Source of the DNA: Moniliella sp. 'wahieum'
Lineage: Eukaryota
Direction: 5' to 3'
DNA length: 64,000 nt
Assembly (NCBI GenBank): GCA_003971905.1
Contig: RSEE01000012.1
Location: forward strand, 186,001 to 250,000
The notes below the pieces were generated by a model. It saw nothing but the letters and a program-made list of their open reading frames with translations. It was not told where the DNA came from and did not search any database. Position 1 is the stretch's first letter, and each line of letters starts with the position of its first letter. Positions 62,830 through 64,000 of this stretch are shown piece after piece. Both the position numbers and the translations under genes were made by a program.

Positions 62830-64000
62830 AGCCCCGGCGGCAAGCTACTTGAAGTAGTTGGCTCTCGTAGCTGCTGTGCTGCCCTTCTCCCATTTCCTGC
62901 ATGTCCCGCTTAGCAGACTGCCACACTGCTCGGAACCACTCTTCGTTCCTCATCACTGGCACCCATTCTATCCCCCTCCTGCAATTCAATGCATACAACA
63001 CTTTGCGCATCCTCCCTCACCATCCCCGCACTGGAACTACAGTAGATGGAAGAGCAAATCGGGTCGTGTATTTTGACACAAAGGCGTGTACGTGAGGTGG
63101 GAGGTGGAAGTAAGTTCCATCTAGGCTGGCCTGGCGGCGGCAAGTACATGAGACCGAACCAGATCCTCTTCTTGCATGAGTTCGCCATCCCCCACAGGCT
63201 CTTCGACCCTCGCGCCCGCCACGGCACCCTTAGTGTCCAGGGGGGCAGGGGGCCTCGGGGGGGGGGGTGGTTACATCGTCCCTTTCCTGGGTGGCTAGCG
63301 GAGCAAGGGGACGCACCGAGGCTGTGGGAGTACTAGGGTCGTAGGATGTGGATCCATCCAGAGCTTCAGGGGAAGAAGATGGATGAACCGACGCACCGCG
63401 CTGTGGATCGGTTACCTCCCCGTTCCCGGGTTGAGAAGGCGGAGAATCTTAGCCTGGTGCACCACACGAGCGGCGAGCTGCGCATCGTCAGGCTTAAGCG
63501 TAGCCAAGAACCGAAGTACCTCAAGGGCGCGAGCTAATTCCCCCGCTCAACCGCGGTCCGAACCAAGTCACTGTCGCTGACTCACTGGTCCGGAGCGAGA
63601 AAAGACGACGAGCAAGAAGGCGACGGCAGTACGGGTATCGCCTTGGTGCAAAGCCATGCCCAGAAGCGGCGCGGGGGCCCGCAGCAGCAAACAGGGTGGG
63701 CCATCGCGAGGCCTCGGTTTTACGCGCGCAGTTGGCAATCACCTAATGCAGAGGGGAAAGACCGGACAGGCCGATGGTCCGACGCAGCTCCTCCACCCCT
63801 CGCGCAGCCTGGTCCGCGCCTGTGCCTTGCGTGTCTCGGAGCGCAGCACGGCCATACGAGCCGGTCGGGACCATCCGGATCAGTCAGCGCCGTGGGTTCT
63901 GTAGTAGAGCGGCGTTCCCGGTGCAGACGACGAGGGTGGCGTGCTGGTTGCCGCAGAGGTGGCAGGAGAGGAGAGGGCCTCCATCCGCCGCATCCTCCAG
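62830..64000 (-). CDS. 3' part of a hypothetical protein convergent with SEN1
   Basis: Chain of protein-like minus-strand ORFs (LWGMANSCKKRIWFGLMY, KVLYALNCRRGIEWVP); family not recognised. Confidence 0.4.

Noticed and set aside
1..64000. Widespread frameshifts suggesting mass pseudogenisation or programmed frameshifting
   Set aside because: They affect essential genes (RNR1, SEN1, SF3B6), look like single-base losses, and leave motifs intact; most consistent with long-read indel errors

Overview
Gene-dense, GC-rich eukaryotic DNA from a fungus, probably a basidiomycete (inferred from short GT-AG introns with CTRAC/CTAAC branch sites and from the gene families). Almost every gene has apparent frameshifts every few hundred bases, including essential RNR1 and SEN1. 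These are best explained as uncorrected long-read indel errors, so CDS boundaries are approximate. Protein genes: a PDR/ABCG transporter (partial), SF3B6/p14, an Mch1-like MFS, a PX-BAR sorting nexin, a NIPA-family transporter, a DUF3237 protein, Csm1/Pcs1-like monopolin, a polyol-dehydrogenase-like MDR enzyme, a DHA1 MFS, a Zn2Cys6 factor, a Sel1-repeat (Chs4/Skt5-like) protein, an F-box-like protein, RNR1 and SEN1. There are three tRNA genes (Pro-AGG, Glu-CTC, Thr-CGT). The most unusual object is a young, full-length Ty1/copia LTR retrotransposon (39874-45139; 211-bp LTRs with 1 mismatch; CAGGC target-site duplication). Its gag and pol are in the same frame, separated by one TAG (candidate stop-codon readthrough). 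It also lacks a canonical primer-binding site and has an HTDD RT motif. Other notable signals are a 16-bp palindrome with a PDRE core upstream of the ABC transporter and a recurring family of 7-bp-period (TCA/TGA-N4)n intergenic arrays.
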